Origin: Basidiobolus meristosporus CBS 931.73
Taxonomy: Eukaryota > Fungi > Basidiobolomycota
Reading direction: 5' to 3'
DNA: 64,000 nt
NCBI GenBank assembly: GCA_002104905.1
Contig: MCFE01000431.1
Location: 12,263 to 76,262 of the forward strand
Program-made: the position numbers and the translations under genes
Shown here: piece after piece, positions 9,967 to 22,168 of the stretch
Position numbering within the stretch: position 1 is the stretch's first letter
Layout: every line of letters starts with the position of its first letter
Notes under the pieces: model-generated
Told to the model about the DNA's origin: nothing
The model's input: only the letters and a program-made list of their open reading frames with translations
Database searches by the model: none

Positions 9967-10702
9967 ACTCAATCCAGTACTTGGCTCTTATGAATTATCT
10001 AACCTTTCCTACCTGCTATCGTAGAATGTACATTAGTTAAGAAACTACATCAGTAGTATATGGCTTTCAACCTTTCTAGCCTCAACTACAACATTTACGT
10101 CCTAATCTGCCTACTTGGTCCCGAGATTAGGCTGGTATGAAGTTTAAGTTTGATGGAAAAAGGAAATTGAAATCTTTGCTTACTTTATCTTCCAGTGAGA
10201 CAGGGTAATATGTGTGTGTTTCTTTGCATAGTCCAAGTTGAGATCATGGCGGTTTTGTTATGGAGCAACAACCCTAATCACAAAAATGAAAACACACACA
10301 AAGATCTACAGTTTGATACTCCTTGACAATGCTGCCTACTTGGTCAAGTACAGTGGTAATAATTGAGTGATATATACTCCGGGGATAGTGGTAATTTCGA
10401 CCTATAAAATATCAAGCGCTGTAACATTGAAACATGCATTTCATATTCCGCTATTTTCCCATGTTTGCAACCTGAGCCAAGACAAGAGTTGTGTATGCAT
10501 GCATGCAAATTGTATGGAATGTGTTTCCTGTGGAAGATAAGAATAATATCATCAACAGATTGATAGACAGGCCTGCTTTGTTCAGGTACCAAGGATGTCA
10601 GAAGTCAATTAGTGGCTCATAACTCTGAGGAATTACGCTATTACACATCTATGGTAGTTACTCCATTAATATTTTAATGATTAATTGGCTTGTTTACATC
10701 TT

Positions 10703-10830
10703 TTATACAGGAACCTTTGCTTTCACCAACTTTTCCGAAAACTTCTACAACTCCTCCTGCAGTTGTTCATCCCCGGCATAAGCACTGGGTTGGATTTCGT
10801 TTGCAATCGGGATAAAGTACCGCTTATACA
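10703..10830 (-). pseudogene. C-terminal relic of a retinol-dehydrogenase/WWOX-like short-chain dehydrogenase
   Basis: ISG.YFIPIANEIQPSAYAGDEQLQEEL*KFSEKLVKAKVPV*, matching the G.YF.P...A.D..LQ..LW.FSE.L C-terminal pattern, with Trp mutated to TAG and a frameshift. Confidence 0.6.
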
Positions 10831-11098
10831 AGATTGGTTGGTAGACTTGGCAGAATTTTGGAATGTTCGAAGGGATTTCCTTCTTTACGTGAGAATCACT
10901 GCGTTGTTGAAGTCGACGTGAATTACGTATGGAATCGAGTTTACCAAAAGCCCAAAAGGTTGTATCTTATTGGAGGGAAGACCCACAAGCTGATCCAAGC
11001 TAGTGGATCGCTACATGAAACCTACCCGGTTGGGAATTGACTCTGTGGGTCTAAGCACTGAGTGAAATGTGGTATTATCTCAGATCTGACATCCTCAG

Positions 11099-12373
11099 CA
11101 TTACCTGTTCCAGCCTTTGTAATACCTCCGTGATTGCGTCACGTGTCAATAAAATTTTGCGTGCTCAGTCACGATTCGATTCTTCCAAGTGGCAGTCTAT
11201 ACGGCTTCACGAATATTTAGCTACGTAAATAGCCAGACGACAGGTAACGTACATGTAAGCTGAAATCTAACTAGTCTGACAGTAAACGAAGCACTGTACC
11301 TCGATAAGTGACTTTCTAAAGCCACGGAAGCAACGTATTTGAATCCTTCATCTCGCCGAAGACACTCAGCCCAAAAGTAGATTCGTAACTAGAACGTAAA
11401 GATAATCAAAGCATAGGCGGTCATTGTCTATCCCCCCCCTGCTTGATGTATATTACATAACACACCATAAAAGCCATCGTAGTTCTAACCAAAAATGGTC
11501 AGTATCTCAACTACTTGATAAGTGATCATCATCAAAAAAAATGATCATTTGCCAGAAATTTCGATCAATTTGTCATCCAGTTGCACGAGCCCATTATATA
11601 ACGTGACTCGATGAACCTGGTTTGGTATTCAGAACTAAATTACAATGCCAGCCAACCTTCCACGCAGAGCACTACTAGCCATCACCAGCTATAACGAGCC
11701 CTTCTACGCCAACGGCAGTAAAACCGGACTGTTTTACACCGAAGCATTGCATCCTTACGAAGCGCTTGTTGAGGCCGGGTTTGAGGTCAACTTTGCGTCC
11801 GAGACTGGTACCTACGGAGTGGATGAGCACTCCCTCTCTAAGGATTTCCTGTCCGAAGATGATCAAAAGGTGCTGGCCGACCCTTCACATCCATTCAATG
11901 TCAAGCTGAACTCGCAGCTTTACAAGGCGTCGGACCTCAACCCTGCTGACTATGGCCTATTCTTTGCCTCTGCCGGGCACGCGACCTTGTGGGATTACCC
12001 TACGGCTCGTGGCCTACAGCATATTGCCGAGGACATATATAAGCGTGGAGGTGTTGTTACAGCTGTGTGTCATGGACCAGCCATTCTCCCAGGCATCGTT
12101 GACAGCACCACAGGCAAATCCATCATCGCTGGCAAGAAGGTCACCGGGTTCACCACGGAGGGTGAGGTGATGCTAAGCCTGCTTGATATTATCAAATCAG
12201 CCAATGTGGCTACAATCGAAGAAGGAGCGGCCGCTGTTGGAGCCGAGTATGTGGCACCCCCCACTCCGTTTGCCGATTTTACACAAACTGACGGCCGAGT
12301 TGTCACTGGAGCTAACCCGGCAAGCGCACGATCCGCCGCCGAGGATGCCATCAAGGTGTTCTCAAGCCTCTAA
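11099..12373 (+). repeat. Copy 2 of the segmental duplication
   Basis: Aligns with 7689..8954. Confidence 0.97.
11645..12373 (+). CDS. HSP31: DJ-1/PfpI family, Hsp31-like glyoxalase III, copy 2 (242 aa)
   Basis: Same catalytic motifs as copy 1, intact ORF. Confidence 0.93.
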   Translation: MPANLPRRALLAITSYNEPFYANGSKTGLFYTEALHPYEALVEAGFEVNFASETGTYGVDEHSLSKDFLSEDDQKVLADPSHPFNVKLNSQLYKASDLNPADYGLFFASAGHATLWDYPTARGLQHIAEDIYKRGGVVTAVCHGPAILPGIVDSTTGKSIIAGKKVTGFTTEGEVMLSLLDIIKSANVATIEEGAAAVGAEYVAPPTPFADFTQTDGRVVTGANPASARSAAEDAIKVFSSL

Positions 12374-13399
12374 AGGGCAATATCTGTGTATAGAAGTAGA
12401 TAGACATTTAATAAATTCCTTAATTAACTCTCAATACTGTACCTCATTGGTACTTCAATCATGTATAAAGATTTCTTGCATCTGGTGATGGAAAAACCCT
12501 TGGATGCTATAGTGTACCAAAAAATCTTGTGACTTCTTGTTACAGCGTTGTACTTCTGTATTTTCTGCAATGCAGAGAGGAAATGGGTGATTCGTTCAAC
12601 AGAAATATCGTGGATATTTGGAGAGCTGAGAATATGTCGAAGTTAAAAACTTTTGCTAGTCTTTCAAAAGGCTTTTACAGAGATGACTCTGGCAAAGGAG
12701 CTTGAGTAATGTGGAGTGGGCATTCAAAGGAGTGCACAAGCCATCATCATGATTGATTAATCAGTAGTGTCTGGAGTCAATAGATATGACCAGTTGTAGT
12801 GTAAAGCACCACATACTCTCACACCTGTAGAGTGTTCTTATCTTAAGGAGCCTATTTGTCAGACGTTTGATACCAATATGTAGTTCTCCAACTATAGTAC
12901 TCTTAATTTTAGTACTTGGAGAGTGTCTCTGTTGATCGGCCCCTCTTTTACCTTGCCTGACCTGTCTACTGGCTGAAGCATGCTAAAAGATATTTTTCTT
13001 GCTTGCTACTTCTGCCATAGATGAGTCCATTGGGATTACTGTTGACCACATTCCTGCACTTACTTCCAAGCCAATTGTGCAAGAGGACAACTCCACAAAG
13101 ATGCTGAATCTATATGGTGGTTTTCCTGGTTGTAATCCCGCATGATTCTTTTCCTCCGTTTGCGCTTCCGCGTTTTTTAAGCAGATTATGTTAGATGAAA
13201 AATGGATATGTATCATCGCCCAACAATGGAATCAGCCGCTTGTAGTATGCTCGCCGGAATGATACCGTTCTTACATAGATCTTGATTTTATATTTGTAGC
13301 CAGGAAACACCTTACACTCTATATACCGCCATCAATTCTTCCTCCCCAATGCTGGGGAAATTCTCTGCTATGATGATATACTCCACACTTCTGCCACCC

Positions 13400-14700
13400 A
13401 ACTTGCCCATTCTGACCGCCTGTTAGTTTAGATTTGGTGCCCAAGCAAAACGGCTGATTTGCTTGGCTCCAGGGTTACCTGTTTGATGAAAAGCAGCAAT
13501 GCCTATATCGACCTTTCCAATTGGACTTTAGCTTTTGAACTTTACTTTTCACGCCCAAACTCTGTGACATGATTGCTGGAAATGCCTTCACTTTGGTGCC
13601 AGGTACCTGGGCCATCAAAATAAATCAGGTTGTTCAAGAGTGCTAAGCTCCACATGCATGCTCTGGGGGCCTTTATAAGCATACTTCTCATGCTTGTTTT
13701 TCCCAGCCCCTTCAAAGGTATAAGTGCCACTCTCATATCAAATACGCAACAAAGTAGCAATCTCTTACCACATAGGTTTCCAGTTGCTTGTGGTTTTTCC
13801 ACGGATCCTTCTAAACCCCATGGTATTGTGATAACAATGAAAATACTTCATAGCATTCCTTAGCAATAGCTCAAAATTATTGTCTCAGTGAGCTCAATAA
13901 GCAAGTGAGTATGATATGTCCACTCTGCTGTAAGGTCTGTCAATATGCACAAAATATAGGAACCAACTCTGTAACTTTATAAGGCTTCTATGTTGGTAGA
14001 TAATTGCAAATATACAACTCTTGAGTACCTATTCACCACCACACCACTGATCATGTAGTAAGCAATTTGGCAAACTTGTTATTGACTTCTTCAGTTATAC
14101 CCATGCATACTTAGTCTGGCCCCAATCTGTCTCTTCAGGGCACAATCCAGTAGATTAGCTAAGTTGCTCAGGCACCCCTTGATTTCAAAATCAGGCCAAG
14201 GTATGGGAGTGGTGCACTGTCATAACCTGAGCTGTTTCTGGCTTGCTATGAGGTAAGCAGAGAGTGCTAGCATCAAAGTATATTATCAACAGGAATAATT
14301 AGCCATTTATGCTCCAGTTGAAGAGTTCTGGCTTGCTCTGCGGCCAGCCATATTTTAACTCTATGAGTTTCAGACACTTGTAGGAGTAGTGAAGTAAGGC
14401 ACAACCTGGGGTGGGTCATCTGTCTGCTGCATTTTGTGCCTAGTCTTCATCAGAGTATATCAGAGGTCCTACTTGGAGTCCCCAAAAGTACATTTAAGGC
14501 AGATATTTGCCTTTCCTTGTGGGTATCTAAGGATCTGCTAAACTGTGGCTATGTAATTAAATTAATAGCTCTTGACATGCTTACCAGCAACTCCTGCCAA
14601 ACATGCAATATCTGGGCATGTTTCTAGAGTAATAGACATCAGTTTGCAAGCCATTAAAGGTATACAAGCTTGGGGCTTCCAGATGGTGCCAAGTTCTCTT
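13400..14700 (-). mobile_element. Degenerate Ty3/gypsy pol remnant (RNase H, integrase)
   Basis: GNLCGKRLLLCCVFDMRVALIPL resembles GNKYILV.VD.FTR...LIPL, and SSNHVTEF resembles SDNGTEF. PIPWPDFE resembles the PVLAYPDF RT-RNase H junction. Many stops. Confidence 0.6.
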
Positions 14701-14739
14701 GACATACCTGAGGCTTAACTAAGAAAAGGATTTCCTCCT

Positions 14740-14900
14740 TCAATATAGCTACCAACTTACAGTCTTCCACACGGTATTTCTGAAGTGTATCTTTAATATA
14801 TTTCAACAGCCACAAGGTGATGAACTGGTACTTCTATTTGTAGAGAACTATATCCCTATGTAGTAACTGGGCACTCCTAGATTGGCATTTTGAACCCTTT
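14740..14900 (-). mobile_element. Copia RT fragment
   Basis: Frameshifted FKM..LGVPSYYIGI...KYIKDTLQKYRVEDCK. Confidence 0.55.
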
Positions 14901-15715
14901 AAATAGGCAGGATATAAGACCTATACCAAATGAACATGCCTGTGCATGTGACACAACCTGTGGTTGTCAAGAGCAACTGGGAAAATGCAACAGCTGCCAG
15001 TGGGCAAGATTGCTACTATATGTTCTTGTAGTAGGCAGCATAATCTTGCATACTTTGTTACCATTGGTCAAAATGAGGTTGGAACAGATGATTGTACCAG
15101 TGCATGGTGTTTGTCTCACATGTGCAATTGGTTACTATAACCATGAATCCCACCATTACCTTTACCCTAAATTATGACTTGAGCTCTGAGCTTACTGGAT
15201 CTTTGCTGGTATTCAGCTGGTGCTTTTGCTTGCAACTTTTGGTGGAAGTAATGTGCAGCTGATTACCAAAAGTAGTCTGAATTCTGGTTGGCCTTGTTTC
15301 CCCTGGAAATGGTACTTGCTTGTCTACTGTGAAGCTATTACTCCAGATATTGAGAGTTGTTGCTCTTGAAAAAGTTAAGTCTCATCAGATGATGTATTGG
15401 TACTCACCTGGCCTTTTCTTATTTTTTAAAGGTATACAGTCACTTGCCAATGTAGATACTATCATTCTGGCTTGATGGAATGTCACAGTCTGATTTTTTG
15501 AGCAATGATTGGTTACTCTTAACCCCGATTTGGTTTAGCAGCCAATCAACAGGATACCTGATTTGCCGTAAATGCTCATATTGCCTATTGAGCATGCAAA
15601 TCCTAGTTTCTGAAGATTGCACAAGGAATTGAAATTAGCATGTAAGCAATTGGGCAGGTGCAAATAGCTCTTCTGATGTTACAGATAATGTATACACATG
15701 TATGATGTTTATTTA

Positions 15716-18700
15716 TGCTGTAAGAGTCTTGGAGATATTGGAAGCGATTGGGAGAGCAAGTAGGTTATGTGGTTTTTGCTTAATGGCTAATCAAATGTAA
15801 AGTAGTACTTATATTTTTGCATGGCCTTGGCATAAAAGACAAAGAATAGGTTTAAGAAGATCCCAAGAACATGTGTGCCAAGCTTGGGGCTGCATGGACA
15901 ACTTTTGGACATGCATGTTCTGGGTACTTGCTATTTTGGTAAAAGTACTTTCAGTAAATCCCAACAAGGAATTTGGCAGTATTCCCTAAGATTTTTATGA
16001 AATGATCTAAGTGACTAAGCTGGGAGAATATCTAGGTGGAATCATAAGCTTTTACAGCACTCCCACTTAACCAAATGTTCATACTGACTGGTCCTAATTT
16101 TGACCTAAGATACTCAGATTTGTCTCTAGCTAATGGTTTCTTTAATATGTCTGCATCATTTCATCTGCAGTACAGTAAATTAAATGAACTAAGTTACTCT
16201 CAATAGCTTCACATATGGAGTGATGTCTACTACCTATGTGCAGAGTTCTAGCAAGAGCAGTTGGATTTCTATCTTATTGTGTACAATCTTAATTATCTTG
16301 AAATATAGTGACAAGTGTTTTTTGCATTATGTCTAGTCTTTAAAAAGCTTTCTTGACCACATAGCTTCTTTTGTAGCTTCATAGGCTGGCATATACTCTG
16401 CCTCTGTGATTCAAAGTGTGTTGGTTGGTTGCTTACTTGAATTCCATGAAATTGCACCTTTACAGTAAAGAAAGGTGGTGTCATGCATCAACATTTAGAA
16501 TTTATGCTATTTTACTCCATTAGAAAATCTAGTACCCTAACTGATATTTCCCAACCCAAACATAAGTAATCTCTGTTATGGTTTATTTTACCACTTCTCA
16601 GAATCTATTTTTAGCTGTCACACCTGATCTATTTTCATGTGGTCATTACATCCTCAACTGATCTCTAAGCTTCTTCAAGTGATTAGTCATTGGAGATCTA
16701 TCCAACCACCTAGCAGTTGCCAAGACATTAACTGATTACCAATGCAATGTTTCATTTGTCTTATGCACCTATCAACTCCCCAACAGATTTCAATTAGTCC
16801 AGTCTCTTGGCACTTTTTAATTTAACTTGATCAGAAAAGTATAAATAAACTCTACTGAACCTGTTGGTTTAGTGTGTGTCTCAACAAAATCAAGATTGTG
16901 CCACAGCTAAATTAAGAACTCAACAATTACATTCTAGGTTCTACCCCAGCCTAGCATATCTAGCACTCCCAAGAACACCAAGCCTGGCCTGCATAGCAAA
17001 CCAACCCTGTTGCCTTTATAGCCAAACTCAGTTATATATATGGCCAATACTAGACCATAACCTCCCTGCTAATATTTCCATCACTCTCTGACAGTTCCAA
17101 CATTCTGCACTTAGTTGCCGCTTAGGTTCAGTTGAACTATTCAAGAGTTTTATTACACTTTTCTCTTGAATACAACAGGTAGATCCTGTGGTGGATCTTC
17201 TGTCTTCAAAATTCTGCCCCCAGTCAGCATCAGAGTATCCCACAAGATATTGTCCCAAATCCTTATAGGTGTACCTTAAGCAGATATCAGCAGTTCCTTT
17301 TAGATATCTAAAAGCTACTTAACTGCTGCAATATGATCAGATCCATAGTTCTGAATGTGCTTGCAGACAACTCCCACTGAAAATGAGATAACTGGATGTG
17401 CTTCAGCATAATATATATCTGACTGCCTACCATAGATTGGTAAGGATATTTTGGGCTTTCAGATAGCATCAAGCTCACTTGACTTGGTTGCATTTCTGAC
17501 CAAGTTAAGGTTTGTCTCCATTAGGGTAGCTGCAGACTTAGTACTCCCACCAATCTGAGGGAACTAGATTTAATTTATACTTAGTTTTGATTACAATTGT
17601 ATGGCTTGTTTCCCAAACTGTTGGCCTCAGAGTGCTTCAGGTTAGCTTGGGGATCAACTCTTACTCCAGGGCTTATCTGTTCTTTGATCATTTTCTGCAA
17701 ATGATCATAATTGATGTGCCCAGATCTCCTGTGCCAAAGTATAGGTGTTTCTTCATCCAAGTTACTTATGTTGGCTTTCAGATATGACTTAGTATAAGTC
17801 AACTTGTATAGATTCTGGTCTCTGATACTCAATGCAATATGGGTATCATTTTCATCAGTTATCCTGCATCCTAAATTATCCATGCTGAAACCAAGTCCTT
17901 CTGCAGTGGCATTGCTTACAGATAGTAGGTTCTTAGCTATTTCTGGTATATTAGTGTTCTATTGTCACCCAAGAAAACCTTCTTGATTGGAATTTCTTGA
18001 TATTGGGTAAAAAGATCTTTTTGCAGGTAAAGTGCTGAGAGGCTCCAGAGTCAATATATGTTATCTCGGAGTCCTTATTTGTGGTCATATTCTGTTCAGT
18101 TATGAATTGTCTATCTTGGGTTGTTTCAGCACTCCCATATGCAGGCATTTTTTGGGTACTATCTCTCTTTGTTACGCACCAGTCTGTTTTATGTCTTGTT
18201 CATTTGCAGTAGTTGTAGAAACAGGTTGCTATTGCCTTTAAATAATCCACATACCTGTTTTGTTGGTTACCATTGCTTAGTAAAGCATTTTCTTCTTCTT
18301 CTTATTGGTGCATGACTTTCTTGATACTTTGTCCAGGAGCCTTCCATGCACATAATTCAAGGTTGAATATTCAGTTCTGAGCTCTAGGGCTGATACTAGG
18401 CCCTGACACTTATCTGTCAGGCTATTTAGGATTGGTAACTATTATATCTTTATCAGTAATTAGGATGCCCACAGATTCCATCTCACCCACAAGCTGGATA
18501 ATTTTCCATTCCTTCTCCTGGCAGCATCTTTGTAGTAAAGAGTTTTTGTCTAAAATACATTTTCTTGGCAGCTAAACATAACTGGTATGTGCCTTCTAAT
18601 GTCTTTCAGTGAAGAGCATGAGAGCTTGAGGCTTCTAACCTGCTGTAAGAGTCTTGGAGATATCAGAAGTGATTTGGAGAACAAGCAGATTTTGTGGGTT

Positions 18701-18962
18701 TCACTCAATGATTTATTTAATGTAAAAGTAGTATTTATACTTTTACATGGTCTTGGCATTACAAACATGTAGAATAGGTTAAGGAAGGTCCCAAGAACAT
18801 ATGTGCAAAGTTTGGGGCTGTTTGGACAACTTTGAGAATTTTCATGTTCTGGGTACCTGGTATTTTGGTGAAAATATTGTAAGTAAATTCCAACAAGGAA
18901 TTAGATCAGTATTCTGTAAGATTTGAAGGTAATGATCTAAGTGACTAAGTTAGGTCAGTATT
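15716..18962 (-). mobile_element. Internally deleted copia element, family A, with both LTRs
   Basis: 3' LTR 15716-16059 (TG..CA) preceded by a PPT AAGTGGGAG. 5' LTR 18641-~18962 followed by the PBS-like GGTTAGAAGC. Gag YFRQKLFTTKM, CxxCxxxxHxxxxC knuckle, protease YIDSGASQH, LWHRRSGH, then a jump to the RT end and RNase H (GYSDADWG, TEAEY). Confidence 0.88.
16479..17177 (+). mobile_element. Solo LTR of family B (gypsy) inserted in the copia-A RNase H
   Basis: TG..CA ends, 5-bp TSD GGTGG/GGTAG (16474-78, 17178-82). Splits the STTG|TFLYCKG motif. Homologous to 19590-20287 and 53009-53648. Confidence 0.9.
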
Positions 18963-19218
18963 TGTTGTAAGAGTCTTGGAGATATTGGAAGAGATTTGGA
19001 GAACAAGCAGATTATGTGGTTTTCACTTAATGATTTATTGAATGTAAAAGTAGTATTTATACTTTTACCTGATCTTGGCATTACAAACACGTAGAATAGG
19101 TTAAGGAAGGTCCAAGAACATGTGTGCAAAGTTTGGGGCTGTTTGGACAACTTATCAAATTTTCATGTTCTGGGTACCTAGTATTTTGGTGAAAATATTC
19201 TAACAAATTTTTACAACA
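18963..19218 (-). mobile_element. Second, internally deleted family-A LTR in tandem with the 5' LTR
   Basis: Starts TGTTGTAAGAGTC, ends TTTACAACA, repeats 18641-18900. Confidence 0.85.
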
Positions 19219-19219
19219 C

Positions 19220-20287
19220 AATTGCCAGGGCAGGTCTAGAGGGAGATGCAGATCTGGAGAATCCAAAGTTATAACTTCTTGGTGGCTGATGCAGAGCAAG
19301 ACTTGGCAGATTTTCAATGCTGTCAATTACTATAGTGGCATTCTCAAGAGCTGCTTTGTTAATTCCAATTTCATCCTAGTAACCAGAAATAACTTCAAGA
19401 GTTCATCTCTACAATGATTATCAGATATTGTCTTGGCAAGCTTCAAGTGCTAAAGCATGATGCTTTCCAGCTGTTCAGTCAGTTCTTCCTGATTTCTTTG
19501 GGCTTCTTCCAACATGGAAAGATTTGGACTGCTTGCTGCTGAGGACATCATGTAAAAAAGTTGAATGCAGTAGAATTCAACAAAAAAAATGTTTTATCTA
19601 AGGGAAAATTGCATTAAAACTCCTGAATGGTTTTACTGAACCAAAGTGACAATTATGTGCAGAATTTTAGAATTGTCAGAGAGTGGTGGAAATATTATTA
19701 GAGGGATTCTGGTCTAATGATGGTGTTATATATAGCTGGGTTTGACTATAAAGGCAACAGAGCTGGTTTACTATACAGGCTAGGTTTGGTGTTCTTAGGA
19801 GTACTTGATATGCTGGGCTTGGGTGGAACCTAGAACTGAATGGTTAATGCTTAATTTTACTCAGATGCAAACTTAATTTTGTTGAGACACACACCAAACT
19901 AAAAGGTTCAGTAAGCTTCATTCATACTTTTCTAATCAAGTTGAATTAGTAAGCACCAAGAGACTGGACTAAATGAAATCAGTTTTGGTATTAATAGGTC
20001 CATAAGATAAATGAAAATTGCATCATCAATCAATTGATGCCTTGGCAACTGCTAAGTGGTTGGGTAGATCTCAGATGACTAATCACTTGGAAAGACTTAG
20101 CAAATCAGTTAAGGACATAATGACCACATGAGAAATGATCAGGTGTGACAGCTAAAAATAGAATCTGATAAGTGATAAAATAAACCATAACTGGGATTAG
20201 TTATGTTTGGGTTAAGGAAAATCAGTTAGTGTATTAGATTTTCTAACAGAGTAAGATTGGCTAAGTTCTAAATGTTGAAGAACAACA
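19220..20287 (-). mobile_element. Family-B gypsy 5' end: LTR (19590-20287) plus leader and gag-like start, truncated
   Basis: The LTR matches the other B copies. The adjacent 19220-19589 matches 45905-46300 with the same LTR junction. A decayed ORF begins MSSAASSPNL. Confidence 0.8.
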
Positions 20288-20955
20288 AATTGGGATAGAG
20301 AAGTTAGCTAGAAAATAATCAAGTATGCTGGCTAAGTGGTGTGCTCACAGAGGAAAAATTATTACAGTAAGTATGATATTGCTGTGCAGTAAGAGTACTT
20401 GAAGACTCTGATATAGCTTTGCAAAATGTATTACTCTCAGGTAATAATGGCACAGAGGAAGATATACTAGAAGTAAGGGCATATCTAACACAATATTTAC
20501 TCATTGAGTTACATTTAGTAGAGCTTCCAAATTACCTGAAGAGAATCTAAACCAGCTAGCTCAGTCTATAGCCAAAGCACTGAATCATCACTAGGCAGAG
20601 TCCAAAGAAATAGTCACGAAGTTATCAGTGAATTGATTGAAGCAGCACTAGTAGGCAAATATATGTCCATCTGCACATCAATTGCAGAAACCCCTCGTTG
20701 CATAAGCCAGGGTCCCGCCAGGTCCATCGATTTAGAAGTGTATTGTCAAAAGACACATACATAACTAATTTCGGGGATATCCGGTCTCTGCCAACAAATG
20801 TCTACTTGCTGAGCTACATCATGCTTTGCTGTATCTGATTGGCACTCCAAGCTTCACAACTCGAACATTGTGTATAGACACAAATATGATCGCTTGGAAT
20901 ATGGAGGTGCTATCATAATATAAATAAAAGCACACTTGGTATATTCTACCAAACA

Positions 20956-21939
20956 ATGCCAGCATTCAATCTTGAAGATTTGGAGGCTCCTGCAGCCGAG
21001 TGGGAGGAATTCCGTAAGAATCTGCCGCCAACTGTTTTTGATCCTGACTACCAGAGATGGAGGGGAGAACTTGAGGCTGCTAGCCGCAAGGCCCGTTTCA
21101 GTAATCGAAGTGGCTTTACAACCCAGGAAAAACTTATTCCCGTTAGAGATGCCAATATCACAGTAAGAATTTACTCGCCCGAGCTTGATAGCAGGAGTGG
21201 CCCTCTTCCCTTGGTTATGCTCTATCATGGGGGTGGCTTTGTTGGTGGAGGTCTGGATACCGAGGATAGAGCAGCTTGTGAGATTTGCGTTGGCGTTAAG
21301 GCTGTCGTTGTAAACGTGGATTACCGTCTTGCTCCTGAATACAAGTTCCCGATCCCCGTCAATGATTGCTATGATGCGTTAGAATGGGCAATTACGAACG
21401 CCAAGGAGCTCAACGTTGACGTTTTGAAAGTTGTTACCACAGGAAGCAGCGCCGGGGGATCATTAGCCTTGGCGGTTGCCTTGATGGACCTAAACTCTGG
21501 GCATCGTAGAGTTCACTTCATTGCAGCAATCCAACCCCTTACTTGCCATCTAAACTACTACCCAGAAAAATACAAGAATGACTTTCGCTCTATCGTGACG
21601 AACGCAAATGCTGATGTGCTTAACTTTCAAGGCATGGTTCTGCTCAATGATCTTTATCTGGCAGATGAAAAAGTGGAAGGACCTAGTCCATACTATTCAA
21701 TGCTCCTAGCCACCAACCTAAGCAGCCTCCCCCCTACATACATTGTCGTTGGTGGTAAGGACCCTTTACGTGATGATGGAGTTGTTCTAGCAAAGGAACT
21801 AGCTGAAGTTGGAGTTCCATGTGAGCTGGATATCTATCGTGGGTATCCTCATGGCTTCATGGTGTTTCCTTTATCGGTATCGAACCTACACTTCCGAACC
21901 TGGGTTGAAAAGATATGCAATGCAGTCAATAAAACTTGA
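20956..21939 (+). CDS. Hormone-sensitive-lipase family (Abhydrolase_3) esterase/lipase, 327 aa
   Basis: HGGGF oxyanion motif, VDYRLAPE, nucleophile GSSAG, DPLRDD, HGF. TATAAA at 20919. Intronless. Confidence 0.93.
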   Translation: MPAFNLEDLEAPAAEWEEFRKNLPPTVFDPDYQRWRGELEAASRKARFSNRSGFTTQEKLIPVRDANITVRIYSPELDSRSGPLPLVMLYHGGGFVGGGLDTEDRAACEICVGVKAVVVNVDYRLAPEYKFPIPVNDCYDALEWAITNAKELNVDVLKVVTTGSSAGGSLALAVALMDLNSGHRRVHFIAAIQPLTCHLNYYPEKYKNDFRSIVTNANADVLNFQGMVLLNDLYLADEKVEGPSPYYSMLLATNLSSLPPTYIVVGGKDPLRDDGVVLAKELAEVGVPCELDIYRGYPHGFMVFPLSVSNLHFRTWVEKICNAVNKT

Positions 21940-22168
21940 GACATTGAGGTCACGTGGTTCTGGCATGATTCTCAGTCCAGCGACAATAAAAATCATATGC
22001 TTGCTATAAAGAATAAGCAACAATTTAAGCATGAAGCCGATTCTTTCCGAATTGATGGATAAGTGCACTCTAGCGAAGGGTGATAAATTCCATCCATTAA
22101 ATACATGCTAGTTCACCACATCTTTACCAAGTTAAGGCAATTGGGGAGATTAAAACTCAAACCAAGTC

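Noticed and set aside
13170-13265. IMLDEKW resembling a mariner DEKW motif
   Set aside because: A single short motif with no second catalytic block and no TIR found.
16479-20287. ~700-bp inverted repeats flanking copia remnants as TIRs or a DIRS-like element
   Set aside because: The left copy has its own 5-bp TSD inside a copia RNase H, and a third solo copy exists at 53009. They are independent family-B LTRs.
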